NCBI GenBank assembly: GCA_003707115.1
Contig: PPNB01000008.1
Coordinates: forward strand, 124,001 to 188,000
Source of the DNA: Tortispora ganteri
Taxonomy: Eukaryota
DNA length: 64,000 bases
Reading direction: 5' to 3'
Below, one piece after another: positions 1 to 11,804 of this stretch; position 1 is the stretch's first letter, and each line of letters opens with the position of its first letter. A model generated the notes under the pieces. It had not been told where the DNA came from. It was given only the letters and a program-made list of their open reading frames with translations, and did no database searches. The translations under genes were made by a program, and so were the position numbers.

Positions 1-542
1 GTAGCGGTGAGCAGAAAACTCTTGCCAATTTAGCCAACATGATCCAGAAACGTCTGATTAGCATTTTTGCTAAAAATGAAAAGGGCGAAAGAGCATACAA
101 CGGAGGAAACGAAAAGTGCAATAGCGATCCTAATTTTTCCGAAAATATCCAATTCAATGAGTTCTTCCACGCAGACGAAGGCAGAGGACTTGGTGCTTCT
201 CATCAACTGGGATGGACAGGCTTGATTGGCAAGATTATTTATGATTTTTCCTTTTCTCTACCGCAGAATGCACCGCGAAGCAAACAGAAAGCGGCTGAGT
301 TCTTCTTTGATGATATTTTGTACCCTCCCGTCGAGGAACGGAAATCACGCCCCTTGAATCATTTCAGACGCCGTTCAAGCAGCGCTCGTGTAGGTACTTC
401 CATGCTGAACCGCACAGAATCCTCTAATAAACTGAAAGAGGATCTTGAGAAGGAAGCTGAATACCGTGAGAAGATTATTGAGGCCCTGGATAACTTTTAC
501 TTGCGATCCAAAGATGACGCAGAGGAGAGTTATGATTTGTAG
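1..542 (+). CDS. C-terminal part of glycoside hydrolase family 63-like protein (YMR196W-like); begins before window
   Basis: FNEFFHADEGRGLGASHQLGWTGLI motif typical of the YMR196W/GH63-like family; frame open from window edge. Confidence 0.75.
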   Translation, partial: SGEQKTLANLANMIQKRLISIFAKNEKGERAYNGGNEKCNSDPNFSENIQFNEFFHADEGRGLGASHQLGWTGLIGKIIYDFSFSLPQNAPRSKQKAAEFFFDDILYPPVEERKSRPLNHFRRRSSSARVGTSMLNRTESSNKLKEDLEKEAEYREKIIEALDNFYLRSKDDAEESYDL

Positions 543-717
543 GAGGCTATTTACGTATAAGATACAGTGTTTAGATCGAAGATTTTGTTTTTAGGCTGGC
601 AACCTTAACACGACTGCCGTTCCACTAAGAAATATAGCAGGTAATGTAAAAATAAAGTCCTGCGATAGAACGGAAATATATTGATATGATGACCCGACTG
701 CAGGTTTGCAAAACATT

Positions 718-2619
718 CTATTTAGCAACAGTGGTATAATCGACATGACCATGGTTCATTGCAAATTCAGAGTCCTGGACAGCAGCGTATTTGCGTGTCC
801 TAAAAGCTGGATCCCCTATGTTAGACTGAGATGTGTTTTGAGCGGAATAACTAGCACCAGACTTACTAGTGTTTCCATTACCAGTTGAACGGACACCAAG
901 TGGGTTCTTCGAGAAAGACAGCCTAATGCCCCCTTTGACGGAGTTCGAAAGGCCCTTACCATAGAGTTCGTTAAGCGACTGTGTAGCAAATATAACATTC
1001 TCAAACTCCACAAAACACATGGGCCCATTGCTTCTCACCCTGAAGCTGAGACGCTTGTAGCCTTCTTGCTTGGAAAACAGCTCACGCAGCTCATCCTCAC
1101 TAGCATTCATGGGAAGGTTTCCAACATAAAGAGTGTTACAGGGGGGGTTCTGATCGGCAGGATTGATGGGAGGCACTAGACGACCTCCTGCTTGAAGATC
1201 TTCAATAGTAGTTGCGGTACTAACAGCACTAGCACCCGTAGGTAAAATCACCGAAGATGGATTTGAAGCAGTAGGCTTCAGAGACATTCCTGGTTTCGGA
1301 TGTGACTGAAGTTGCCCCTGAGATTGAATAGATTGCTGTGTCTGATTCTGAGATTGAATTTGATTCTGAGACTGTTGAGAAATCGATAAGTGTTCTACTG
1401 CTCGAGCAGCCGCGACACCAGCAGGATGTTCCTGTATAGTAGCACTAGTGGAGTTCGTTTGAGATCCATCAGGTTTTCTTGGGAAATTTACAGCAAATGG
1501 AGAAGAAGGGGGTAGAGATCCTGAAGGAGAGATAGGACTGGCAAAAGGAAAGTGGTGTGGATTCGGGATGCCAGGGCTCGCGAGGGAAGACGCTTGACGA
1601 AAAGAGCCGCCAGACACGGCAGGCATGGAGCTGAATCTCTTGGGAGGCGGAGGCATTCTGAGCTCTAGATTTGGCCAGGAAGAGGTATCCTTATGTCGCA
1701 TATCAGATTCATTATCGATAGAGTCAGTATCATTTGATACGCGCTTAATTTGGCTGATTGAATCAAGCGACCCTAGACTGTTCTGGGGTGATGTTCTCAG
1801 TGGAGAAAAATAAGAGGATCGATCTGTGTTGGATGACGAAACATCAGCGCTACGTAAGGGGCGCCCGCCAGACACTGGTTTGACGGGAACAGTGTGTTCT
1901 TGCGCATTCATATCCGTGAAAAGACTAGGTGTAGCAGGATGGAGCTGTTGACCGGGAAAAGAGCCATCAGAGGATAAAAAGGCTGATGATGGTACAGATG
2001 AGAACGAAGAATGATGAGAGGCCGGCTTGACAGGATGCTGCTGATTCGGTGTACATATGAGCTCACAAGTAAGCGGAGCAGATGAAGGGGAAGCATGTAA
2101 ATGAAAGATATCAGTGCGACCATCTATGATTGAATGAGCTTCCAGGGCGCCTTGGTAGGTGCGGAAATATGCAATTGCAGCTGATACTAAAGGGGAATCT
2201 GAACCAGAGGACGAGTCTGAAGAAGAAGAAGTGTCTGAGGTCAACCGACACGAATGGAAGTCTTTGGCAAAGGTGAACATGAGCGTTAGTTCAGCGAGAG
2301 ACACAGTTGGAGGGACATTGATTATTCTGATGACGTAAGGAGCTTCAGGTTTAGCAGCAATACTGGCAGCAGTGTCGGAGTCAGCACTATGGTTTGCAGT
2401 GCTTGACATTGCGACAGCTGACTTTGGCCAGGAGCTGTCAGTGCTGAACATATCGTAGTACCGAGAGGTAGTGAAAGTAGAGGGCTGAAAAGCGGAGCGG
2501 GGTGCCTCAGTTGTGATAGGAGAGGTAAGAGTGCTCTTTGAAATGCCTACTGTGTGAGGTATAGGAAGCTCTTGTGCAGGCAAAGAAGTTCTCAATCCTG
2601 GCGGAGGGAAGGCGGACAT
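718..2619 (-). CDS. WHI3: Whi3/Scw1-family RRM RNA-binding protein
   Basis: C-terminal RRM with [18 protein letters not shown]...GPMCFVEF...[16 protein letters not shown]-rich and S-rich low-complexity middle. Confidence 0.85.
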   Translation of the reverse strand: MSAFPPPGLRTSLPAQELPIPHTVGISKSTLTSPITTEAPRSAFQPSTFTTSRYYDMFSTDSSWPKSAVAMSSTANHSADSDTAASIAAKPEAPYVIRIINVPPTVSLAELTLMFTFAKDFHSCRLTSDTSSSSDSSSGSDSPLVSAAIAYFRTYQGALEAHSIIDGRTDIFHLHASPSSAPLTCELICTPNQQHPVKPASHHSSFSSVPSSAFLSSDGSFPGQQLHPATPSLFTDMNAQEHTVPVKPVSGGRPLRSADVSSSNTDRSSYFSPLRTSPQNSLGSLDSISQIKRVSNDTDSIDNESDMRHKDTSSWPNLELRMPPPPKRFSSMPAVSGGSFRQASSLASPGIPNPHHFPFASPISPSGSLPPSSPFAVNFPRKPDGSQTNSTSATIQEHPAGVAAARAVEHLSISQQSQNQIQSQNQTQQSIQSQGQLQSHPKPGMSLKPTASNPSSVILPTGASAVSTATTIEDLQAGGRLVPPINPADQNPPCNTLYVGNLPMNASEDELRELFSKQEGYKRLSFRVRSNGPMCFVEFENVIFATQSLNELYGKGLSNSVKGGIRLSFSKNPLGVRSTGNGNTSKSGASYSAQNTSQSNIGDPAFRTRKYAAVQDSEFAMNHGHVDYTTVAK

Positions 2620-4452
2620 TGTGATGTAGGATTACGAGCAAGAGCAGCAGAAAGGCGAATCAGTAAAAAAATTGAGGGAATGCTTCTAAATAGTGTGTCT
2701 TGTTGATATATGCCGAATATATACAGTACTGTAACTGCCGTGTAAATTGTTTGTTGCTGTTCTATATGAGTAGAAAGATGCTAGTCTAAAGATCTATCGA
2801 TCGATGGACGAAATACAGTGGGTGAAGGTGACCTTTTAAGTGCGAAAACCGAGGTCCTGCTGAATACTAGAAATCTTCTGATGTAGTGAAAGACTGAAAG
2901 TGATTACCGTCGTTTAAGAGATCGCGGACAGTAGCGGTAAGAGAAAAAAAAAAAGGGCTGACAGGCCAGTTATAGTACAAGAAAAACCTGCTAAGGTAAA
3001 TGCGAGCGACAATAATTGAGTAGTGTGAATCTATTCACAGCTGCTGCAATATATCTGAGAGTAAGCGGTAAAATAACTAACCGAAAAGCAGCGGATGAAA
3101 ATGTTGCGGTAGAGAAAAGAGGTAACAAGAACTAGGTGGTAGAAAGATAGGTTTTTCGGCACAAGAGGATTTTTGTGAAAAGAGTGGGTAATTTTAGCTT
3201 CAAAAAGTCAGTAAACTTTATTGACGTTAAAGTATACAAGAGGGTTGTGCTTAGACAGTAAAACAAGGGAGCAGTTTACCAGGGTGCAGGGTTCAAATTG
3301 AGATCGATAAAGAGGTCGCAATTTTTACAGCAACTTAGTGTAAAGTTGGACAGGGTATAGCTAAGTATAGTATATTTGATGCCTTTCATGATTTTATAGA
3401 ATTATTCTTTCATTAGGTAGAGAAGCAAGTTATATATGCAGTTGTAGTGCGAATGAGTGAGGGATGGGAAATTCAGTATGTAAAGCTAAATGCAAGTAAA
3501 TCAACCCTTTCGGGTAGTTTGGATTAGGGTATTCTAAAAATAAGAGAAGGAAAAATAGGATTATGCGTATTCCAGCGAATACGTCGTTATTGAAACTTTA
3601 GTGACCGCGTGGAACTTAGTATCGTTTACGCTCTCCATTTAGCATGTATTTGAGAATCATATAATACTTAACTTGTTCGAGAGTAATAATTATAAGAATT
3701 ATAAGAAAATTAATTAGACAACTTAAGGCACCAGCCAATATACGAATGAGCAGAGAGTTTCCACAATAAGTTAATATCAAAACTTAATCTACCCATAGGA
3801 TAAATTATGGAAAGCTTAATTGGACGTCTGGTTTTATTGCCTATTTAGGTTCATCAATATCACCCTCTTGAGCTCTTTGGAATATCATGGTAGTGCTGAA
3901 AGCTCGTAAGTAATTGTTCAGCTAATTTTTCGATGCGAAATTATGTTTTTTCTAGCAACTGCGTAAATTGATGGATTGATGTGTTACACACGGTAAGATA
4001 TGATATGTAAACTTTTTTATTTTGAAATACATAGATAACGAAACTTTAATTCCTAAAACAGATATGAATATTGAGTGTCGTTTCTGGAATAACTTAGATC
4101 CTTTGGGCCCGTTTAGCAAAAATTAGATGACTTTGAAGCAAGCTCGAGAAGTCTATATGCAATCAGTTTACTTCATATTGCTCTGGGTTTTGAGAACTTT
4201 GCTTAAGCTTGCACAATATTATCTTGCATATACCCACTACGTTCAGAATGCTACGATGCCAAGTAAGTGGAAATTAATACCTACAATTGTAAATGTAACA
4301 TAAGAAAAGCTAAGACAAATAAGCTTCATATTATTGTTTATACACCAATAAATAGACAGTATGCAAAGTTAGTCGAATTATAGTTTATGTAATACGGTAT
4401 TTGAATATGTAGTTATTTGTATGTGAAACAATAGCAATTATTCTTGTAGAAC

Positions 4453-5271
4453 TTACTCATCTTCAGGCAGCTCAAATTCATCATTAGGCTCATGAGGTTC
4501 TTGATTTTCCGCCCATTGGGTAATGTCATCAATATACGAAACTATAGTTTCGATAGTGTCGTTGTCTTTTGCAGATAGCGGCAGGAACTCGATCATGCCG
4601 AAATCTTGATTCAATTGAACAATTGCTTCAGTCAAAGCCACATACCGCTGATTAACAAACATTTCGTTTTGGTCGTTGAATAAAAAGGTATCTGGAGACA
4701 AAAATCGCTTTATTTGTTGTTTTGAGTACCGGTCTTGGATCAGATCAACCTTTGACAAAATATTCAAATGAGGGACCTCTAAAAGCATCATCGCAGACAT
4801 CGCACTGAGCGTTGCTGAAAAGTATTTACTTATATCAACTACATACGGTGCTTGCAGCAAGTACGTAGCACACATACTCATGTTGTGAGACTCTTTGAGA
4901 TGTTTGACTATGCTTGGTAAAACCGGGATGTGCGTGTATAGTTCGATTTGACCTGGGCAGTCGAAGATTAGGTACTCGTCATCATAATCGCCTAAAACTT
5001 CATCTAACCAGTCAAGATTCTTTAATAAAAACTCAAAACAGTATATTAGCCCACCATTAGGCCCCAGTTTCATGGCATCAGTGGCGTCGTCGAGACTAAT
5101 GAGCTCTTTGATATCGATCGAAAATTCGTACTCACTAGGTTCCGCGGCGGGATCTAGATTGACAATATGTGCAGTTCTGCCAACTGTACGCAAATAAGTA
5201 ATAATAGAATTAGTGAATGTAGTTTTACCAACACCCGCAGGCCCAAGCACTAACACGCCAACCCTCGACAT
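4453..5271 (-). CDS. GPN3: GPN-loop GTPase 3
   Basis: [19 protein letters not shown]-loop, [26 protein letters not shown]. Confidence 0.92.
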   Translation of the reverse strand: MSRVGVLVLGPAGVGKTTFTNSIITYLRTVGRTAHIVNLDPAAEPSEYEFSIDIKELISLDDATDAMKLGPNGGLIYCFEFLLKNLDWLDEVLGDYDDEYLIFDCPGQIELYTHIPVLPSIVKHLKESHNMSMCATYLLQAPYVVDISKYFSATLSAMSAMMLLEVPHLNILSKVDLIQDRYSKQQIKRFLSPDTFLFNDQNEMFVNQRYVALTEAIVQLNQDFGMIEFLPLSAKDNDTIETIVSYIDDITQWAENQEPHEPNDEFELPEDE

Positions 5272-5346
5272 TGATAACTACACACTCTTGAACCGAAAAT
5301 TTACTGTTTAACGGACTTATCTGCTCTTTACGTTACCCTGCTCTAT

Positions 5347-5356
5347 ATCACGTGAC
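5347..5356. promoter_or_regulatory. Cbf1-type E-box (ATCACGTGAC) in GPN3/SAM2 divergent promoter
   Basis: RTCACGTG consensus upstream of a methionine-cycle gene. Confidence 0.6.
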
Positions 5357-5510
5357 ATTACACCATTTTTTTTAGCCGAGAGATTCCCAGCGATTTACAG
5401 TTAGCCCGGTCAACACGTTCCCTTGGAACGCAACGCTAACCCACTCCATCGTTAAGAAAAGAGTAAAAAAAAATCTTTCTTTTCTATCTATTTGCGCCAA
5501 TTCTTATACA

Positions 5511-6665
5511 ATGAGCGAGCAAGAAACTTTCTTTTTCACTTCTGAAAGTGTCGGCGAAGGTCACCCTGATAAAATCTGCGACCAAATTTCCGATGCTATC
5601 TTAGATGCTTGCCTAAAGGAAGACCCCCTGTCAAAAGTAGCTTGCGAGACTGCTACCAAAACTGGTCTTATTTTAGTCTTTGGTGAAATCACCACATCTG
5701 CTACTCTTGACTATCAGAAGATTATTCGCGAAACTATTAAGAAAATCGGCTATGACCATTCGGAGAAAGGTTTTGATTACAAAACCTGCAATGTCATGGT
5801 CGCCATCGAGCAACAGAGTCCCGATATCGCTCAAGGTGTCCACATTGACAAGGCCTTAGAGAATCTGGGTGCTGGTGATCAAGGTATTATGTTTGGATAC
5901 GCGACTAACGAGACCGAAGAGCTTTTACCATTGACTATCTTGTTAGCCCACAAACTCAACAAAGCTCTTGCTGATGCTCGTCGTGATGGTACTCTTGCTT
6001 GGCTCCGTCCTGACACCAAGACTCAAGTTACCGTCGAGTACACCAAGGATGGCGGTGTCGTCATTCCTAAGCGTGTCGATACTGTAGTTATCTCCACTCA
6101 GCACTCTGATGATATTTCTACAGAAGACCTTCGCAAGGAAATTAAGGAAAAAATCGTCAAGAAAGTCATCCCTGCCAAGTATCTTGATGACAAAACCGTC
6201 TACCATATCCAACCTTCTGGACGTTTCGTTATCGGTGGTCCTCAAGGTGACGCTGGTCTCACCGGCCGTAAGATTATTGTCGATACTTATGGTGGTTGGG
6301 GAGCTCACGGTGGCGGTGCTTTCTCCGGCAAAGATTTCTCTAAAGTCGATCGTTCAGCTGCTTACTGTGCTCGCTGGGTCGCCAAGTCACTTGTAGCTGC
6401 GGGTCTTGCTAAGCGCTGCCTCGTCCAGTTCTCTTACGCTATTGGTGTAGCTGAACCTCTTTCCATTTTTGTCGATACATACGGAACGTCGTCCTATAAT
6501 TCTGCTCAACTTGTCGAGATTATTCAAAAGAATTTCGACCTTCGTCCTGGATGTATTGTTAAAGAACTTGATCTTGCTCGTCCTATCTACTTCCGCACTG
6601 CCTCTTACGGCCATTTTACTAACCAAGAGTACCCTTGGGAAAAGCCTAAGACTCTGAAGTTCTAG
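5511..6665 (+). CDS. SAM2: S-adenosylmethionine synthetase
   Basis: [28 protein letters not shown] signature motifs. Confidence 0.97.
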   Translation: MSEQETFFFTSESVGEGHPDKICDQISDAILDACLKEDPLSKVACETATKTGLILVFGEITTSATLDYQKIIRETIKKIGYDHSEKGFDYKTCNVMVAIEQQSPDIAQGVHIDKALENLGAGDQGIMFGYATNETEELLPLTILLAHKLNKALADARRDGTLAWLRPDTKTQVTVEYTKDGGVVIPKRVDTVVISTQHSDDISTEDLRKEIKEKIVKKVIPAKYLDDKTVYHIQPSGRFVIGGPQGDAGLTGRKIIVDTYGGWGAHGGGAFSGKDFSKVDRSAAYCARWVAKSLVAAGLAKRCLVQFSYAIGVAEPLSIFVDTYGTSSYNSAQLVEIIQKNFDLRPGCIVKELDLARPIYFRTASYGHFTNQEYPWEKPKTLKF

Positions 6666-7001
6666 GAAGCTTATCGAACTGCTTTTTCGATTTCAGTGAA
6701 TAGAGAAGAAGAAGAAAAAATGGTTGTTTTTACTCTAATATTCAAGGAACGAAAACCAGATTGGCGCTCAACTCGCCATTTCTCACGCTCATTAAATGGC
6801 ACTACAATCTACTCATAAACTCCACTTGCCCCTTTTTACGATTATTACGTTCTGCGCGGCCCTTTCAACTCATCTGCGCTTCCTTACCCGAGGATAAACC
6901 AAAAAAATAAATAGATAAAAGAACACAAAAACTTGCCTATGTAGTTCGTACAACATCACATTGTCCCACCTGAACTTACTACACCATCTATTTCTATCTA
7001 A

Positions 7002-8651
7002 ATGCCATGGTCTCAATTCTCTACGCCGGATGGTCGCATTTACTACTACAATAATGACACAAAACAATCTTCATGGGAGAAACCAATAGAATTGTATACG
7101 ACTCGAGAAAAGGCACTTTTGAATACTCCATGGCGAGAATACGCTGCTGAAGGTGGCAGAGTATACTGGTACAACAAGGAAACCGGTCAGTCAGTATGGG
7201 AATTTCCTGAAGAGGCGATAAAACCAGAGGCGGTAAAACCAGAAGTACCTCCTGCACATAGAAAGGAAACTAGCACTTCTATGTCTAATGTCCAGTATTT
7301 GTCGTATGAGCCAGTCACTGAATCCTCGCCTCAAACCTTCATTGATGCTCTCAAGCGAAGTAATATCGACTACTCTTTCACGTGGCCAGACGTTGTGAAG
7401 AAGATAGGCATGGAACCAGAGTTTATGTCGGTTTTATCGGCCAGAGATCGACGAAATTTATTTGATGAGTACATATTATCGTTAAAGCAAGAAGAATTCA
7501 AAAGAGTCAAAGCCGATCGCGAGTCGTTTAGAGACCGTTTTCTCGAAACACTGAGAAACCATTCCGAGATACAATGGTATTCACGTTACTCTCATGCGGC
7601 GAGAACTTATTTAGCTTCTGATCCAGTATTTACTGCATTTAACGATTCAGGATACAAACATCATTTATTTAAAGAATATGTCGGCAAGCTGAAGCAGGAA
7701 CATGAAAGCGAAATAGAAGTATTGAAAGCCAAACAGACACAAGATTTGGAAGAATTGCTGAATCAATATAACATACATGTATACATGGAAGATTCGATGT
7801 GGGATAAAGTATATTCTCGGATTTTAAATGAACCAGACTATGCTAATCGATTCTCACACTTGTCAAAACTCGATATCCTTTCAGTTTTTGAATCACACAT
7901 ACAGAAACTTGAAGCAAACTATCGGTCTACTAATATGAAAGAATCACAGCAGGAACAACTTCAGGCAGCTATAGCGCGTTCTGAGTTTATGAATTTATTA
8001 TTGAAACTCAAAAATGATCATAAAATTTTATACAAAACAGATTGGAAAGAGATATATCCCATTGTGTCTTCTGATAAATCATACATTGCTTTATGTGCTT
8101 TTCCGTTCGGGTCTACACCCTTAGATCTGTTCCGAGATGCTGTGGAAGAATCAAGAAAAGAGATAAAGACCCTTAGAGATACAGTCCTCCAAGTTCTTTC
8201 CGACAGCAATATTGATTTATCAAAGGCTGTGCAATACGGCGACGTTTCTTCATTGTTAGCTTCTGACAACCGCACTGCGGGATATTCCTCAACAGACTTG
8301 CAGTTTGCGTTTAAGAAGGCGCAAGAAAAAGCGGAAAGAGTTGCTGAACTCGCAGAACAAAATAGGATAGCTAACCAACAGGCTGCTATAAACAGACTGC
8401 GACGTGCCATTAGAAATACACCAGGAGTGCTCCCTACAGATGAGTACGTAAACGTGCGTGCTAAGATAGAACATCTTCCGGAATTTATTGCTCTGCAGTC
8501 TGATGAGGACCGAATTCAAGCGTTCAATGCCTACAGAGCCAGCACTATCGAGGCACCAAAACCGCCAAGGGATCGAGTTGTACAGAACAATGCATCACAT
8601 AAATTACCTGAAGATCCTCGGGCTAAGAAACGTATCCGCTATGAAGACTAG
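7002..8651 (+). CDS. PRP40: U1 snRNP protein Prp40 (2 WW + FF domains)
   Basis: Two N-terminal WW domains (GRIYYYN...SSWEKP; GRVYWYN...SVWEFP) followed by FF-like repeats, GSTPLDLF motif. Confidence 0.88.
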   Translation: MPWSQFSTPDGRIYYYNNDTKQSSWEKPIELYTTREKALLNTPWREYAAEGGRVYWYNKETGQSVWEFPEEAIKPEAVKPEVPPAHRKETSTSMSNVQYLSYEPVTESSPQTFIDALKRSNIDYSFTWPDVVKKIGMEPEFMSVLSARDRRNLFDEYILSLKQEEFKRVKADRESFRDRFLETLRNHSEIQWYSRYSHAARTYLASDPVFTAFNDSGYKHHLFKEYVGKLKQEHESEIEVLKAKQTQDLEELLNQYNIHVYMEDSMWDKVYSRILNEPDYANRFSHLSKLDILSVFESHIQKLEANYRSTNMKESQQEQLQAAIARSEFMNLLLKLKNDHKILYKTDWKEIYPIVSSDKSYIALCAFPFGSTPLDLFRDAVEESRKEIKTLRDTVLQVLSDSNIDLSKAVQYGDVSSLLASDNRTAGYSSTDLQFAFKKAQEKAERVAELAEQNRIANQQAAINRLRRAIRNTPGVLPTDEYVNVRAKIEHLPEFIALQSDEDRIQAFNAYRASTIEAPKPPRDRVVQNNASHKLPEDPRAKKRIRYED

Positions 8652-8764
8652 TCTATATTAGTTGAGCATTTTTGAGTGCTTCATCCTCTATTTTTTTTAT
8701 TTCGTTTGCATTTTATGTCTGTGCATAAAATATATAAGGTCATTATTGCATGCATTAGTAAGAT

Positions 8765-10612
8765 TTACTCGACGGTTTCCAAAAAGAAATAGTTACCAGA
8801 GGCTTTCTGTTCTTGGTCGCGCTGGGATCCCATTTTGTTGATACGAGGACGGAATGAGTTCGGGTCGCGGCGGAAAGTGACATCGAGATTCTTTAAAAAT
8901 TTGTTGCAACCAGTAAGCAAGCCTTGAGGAGTGGTTGCAACAGCATCAACACCAGGAATACCTTCATATACAATGACACGGTCGGCGAGGTATGTGGCCA
9001 TAATGAAATCATGCTCGACAACGAAAGCAGTTTTCTTGGCATGCAAAATGAAACGTCTGATGACTTTAGCGCAAATAATACGCTGTTCAGAGTCCAAATA
9101 TGCAGAAGGTTCATCGATCAAGTAAATGTCCGCAGGTAGACCGAGGGCCAAAACGATAGCGACACGCTGTAACTCACCACCTGACAAGTTTTGTACTTCT
9201 AAATCTATTAAATCATCAATGCGTAAAGGTTTGACAACGTCAGTCTGAAATTGAGGATGCAAGAAAGAAGCACGAATTTTCTTGTGGAACAATTGTCGTA
9301 CAGTTCCTGAAAATTTGGGAGCGATTTTTTGTGGTTTCATAGACACTCTCAGTTCGGGGATCTTCTGATTGTTATCGGGAGCCAAAGCACCAGCTAGCAT
9401 TCGAATAAATGTTGTCTTTCCTGTACCATTTTCACCCATCATGACAATGATTTCCGAGTCGGTGAACTCGCCGGCTTCTACGGTGAGCTTGAAGTCACCG
9501 AGAGTCTTCTGCATTCGTGGGTACTCGAACGAGCGCGATTTATCGACGGGGATCAAATCAGTAGCGTCTGCGAGACGAAACTCGAGTGATTCTGTGCGGA
9601 AACGCATGTTTTCAGAAGGGATATTGCCGTCAAGAAAGATATTAATACCTTCGCGCACAGATGAGGGGAGTGTGACCACACCGTACACGGAAGGCACACC
9701 GTAAAGAATACAAATGAAATCGGACAGATAGTCAAGCACAGAGAGATCATGCTCGACAGCAATAACGTAACAATCGTGACTAGTCAGTAGAGATCTAATG
9801 ATATTGGCGGCATTGAGACGCTGCTTGACATCGAGGTAAGAGGACGGTTCATCAAACATGTAGACATCAGCTTTTTGGACAATAGTTAAACCGATAGCAA
9901 AACGTTGAAGTTCACCACCAGAGAGCTGAGAAACTTCACGGTTGAGAACGCTCTTAAGCTCAAGGACTTGCTCTACTTGAGCGCGGTTAGGCAGTTCTGA
10001 ACGCTCATCAAGAAGTTTGCCGACTTGTGTGACAGGCCCCTTTATGGCACGCGGAAGATGATCAACATACTGCGGCTTGATTATGGCCTTCAGATTGTCT
10101 TCAAGGATCTTTGTGAAGTAGTTTTGAAGTTCAGAACCTCGAAAGTGCTTAAGAATATCTTCCCACGTAGGCGGGTTGTCGAACCTACCAAGGTTAGGCT
10201 TTTGCTTGCCTGAAAGGATCTTCAAAGCGGTGGATTTACCAATACCATTTGAGCCGACCAATCCAAGCACTTGATTAGGTCTTGGTGTAGGGAGCCTGTG
10301 AAGCTTGAAAGAGTTCGCAGTGTATCTGTGCGTCACTTCTGATTCCAGATTGGTAGGCAAGTTGATGATCTGGATAGCGCCAAAAGGACATTTTTTAGGA
10401 CAGATACCGCATCCAATACACAAAGTCTCAGAGATAAACGCGATTTTAGATTCAGGGGTAACTTCAATACACAGCTTACCCGTTCTGACAACAGGACACG
10501 CTTTTTTACATTCTTGACGGCATTTCTTTGGCTTGCATTTGTCAGTGGACACTATTGCAATTCTTGTAATTTTGTCTGACACAGCAGATTTCGACTGGTT
10601 GACTTTTGACAT
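8765..10612 (-). CDS. RLI1: ABCE1 ribosome-recycling Fe-S ABC ATPase
   Basis: [15 protein letters not shown] and [13 protein letters not shown]e-S motifs, two ABC cassettes with LSGGELQR. Confidence 0.97.
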   Translation of the reverse strand: MSKVNQSKSAVSDKITRIAIVSTDKCKPKKCRQECKKACPVVRTGKLCIEVTPESKIAFISETLCIGCGICPKKCPFGAIQIINLPTNLESEVTHRYTANSFKLHRLPTPRPNQVLGLVGSNGIGKSTALKILSGKQKPNLGRFDNPPTWEDILKHFRGSELQNYFTKILEDNLKAIIKPQYVDHLPRAIKGPVTQVGKLLDERSELPNRAQVEQVLELKSVLNREVSQLSGGELQRFAIGLTIVQKADVYMFDEPSSYLDVKQRLNAANIIRSLLTSHDCYVIAVEHDLSVLDYLSDFICILYGVPSVYGVVTLPSSVREGINIFLDGNIPSENMRFRTESLEFRLADATDLIPVDKSRSFEYPRMQKTLGDFKLTVEAGEFTDSEIIVMMGENGTGKTTFIRMLAGALAPDNNQKIPELRVSMKPQKIAPKFSGTVRQLFHKKIRASFLHPQFQTDVVKPLRIDDLIDLEVQNLSGGELQRVAIVLALGLPADIYLIDEPSAYLDSEQRIICAKVIRRFILHAKKTAFVVEHDFIMATYLADRVIVYEGIPGVDAVATTPQGLLTGCNKFLKNLDVTFRRDPNSFRPRINKMGSQRDQEQKASGNYFFLETVE

Positions 10613-10859
10613 TGTTAATGCAATTTATACACCTGATTATCCACTTGCAGAATATGTACTTTTACAACACCGCCTTTTTCTTAGGCCTATGATTTCTATC
10701 GTTTGTGTGGTTTTTTTTTTACCTCTTTCACAGGCAAAGTCTTCAACCACGTCCCAAAAACTTTTGAAAAAAATTATTAGAGTTTCACAACCCTAATATT
10801 ATTAATTTTCTTGTTGATAATTATACGGCTTTCATAAAAATGAATTGCCTATTGAATAG

Positions 10860-11760
10860 ATGTAAATTTGTCAAATAATGGATATACGGTTTTCAAACGC
10901 TTTATTCAAAAAAATTTTAGATTCAAGTAACCTCTGAGAGATCTACAGCGCATGAACTTCTTTATGTCATCACGTCAGGTTTGCTGAGCAATTAACTGGG
11001 TTACAATTGGTGGGGGAAAATGCCCTAACCCATGCACGAAATGTATAAATAAGCTGATCGTTTGCTCAGCAACTGTAGTTTCTTACTTATAATAGGCGGG
11101 ACCTGATGAGTGCTAGGCCGAGGGAAAAACCTATGCGATAGCCTTACCGTTGGCTGGATTACTACTCATTGAAACATAGTTTCTTTATGTGGTCTTCTCT
11201 TTGCTGAACGTGACGTGTTGTATGAATATTGTATACATGCAATTGCTCTAATCGCATTGTTATTTTCTATCAGCATTAATGCACTCGAACGGCTGGTCTA
11301 TTATGAGCTAGGGCAAATATTATTGTAGAAATCCGAAATATGATATGATTTATGTTCTGTCTAAAAATAAAAGGGCTATAATTTTCATCTTGATGAGTGT
11401 CAAGGTGCGTAGGGGGTATGCCTCTGCTGTATAGACTGAATGCTGAGTTGTTTTTTTTTTTGGCTGAACGTTCGCTCGATCAAGTTGATATTTGGATCGA
11501 GCTAGAGCCGTACAACAGCACCGTCTTTTGTTGACCCTTTTTCATGTAGATTTCCATATACGTAGATTTACTAAATGAACAATGCTCTCTGCAAAGCTCG
11601 ATGGTTACATTTTTCTTATTGTGCTGGATCTGGAACAAAATTAAGGACGAAAAAATAGAGCAGATGTCGCAGCCGAAAACACCCAGCTTTTTACCCACTC
11701 GACCACATTTCCGTCTATTATTTATCGCGTTGACTTCTTTAACAAAACACATTTTTGTGG
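10860..11760 (+). ncRNA. Candidate telomerase RNA (TER); boundaries approximate
   Basis: Template-like CCCTAACCC 11023-11031; 5'/3' pairing AAATAATGG..ACGG (10873-10889) with CCGT-CTATTATTT (11711-11723); several long helices; Sm-like ATTTTTG 11751-11757; TACTAAC 11805-11811; no credible ORF. Folding done by eye only. Confidence 0.5.
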
Positions 11761-11804
11761 TTATAAATAAGACGAGAAATATCAGATAACTTGTCCTCAT
11801 ATAA

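Noticed and set aside
11106..11165. SECIS-like ATGA...AAA...GA hairpin
   Set aside because: Helix II does not form next to the putative quartet, and no neighbouring gene has an in-frame TGA
11095..11200. Hammerhead-ribozyme-like CTGATGA...GAAAC...GT motif
   Set aside because: The cleavage triplet would be GUG rather than NUH, stem II lacks the proper closing pair, and TGATGAG pairs with ACTCATTG, sequestering the core
11480..11800. Short ORFs 11480-11800 (-) and 11601-11789 (+)
   Set aside because: No recognisable domain, low-complexity composition, and they overlap the structured ncRNA candidate
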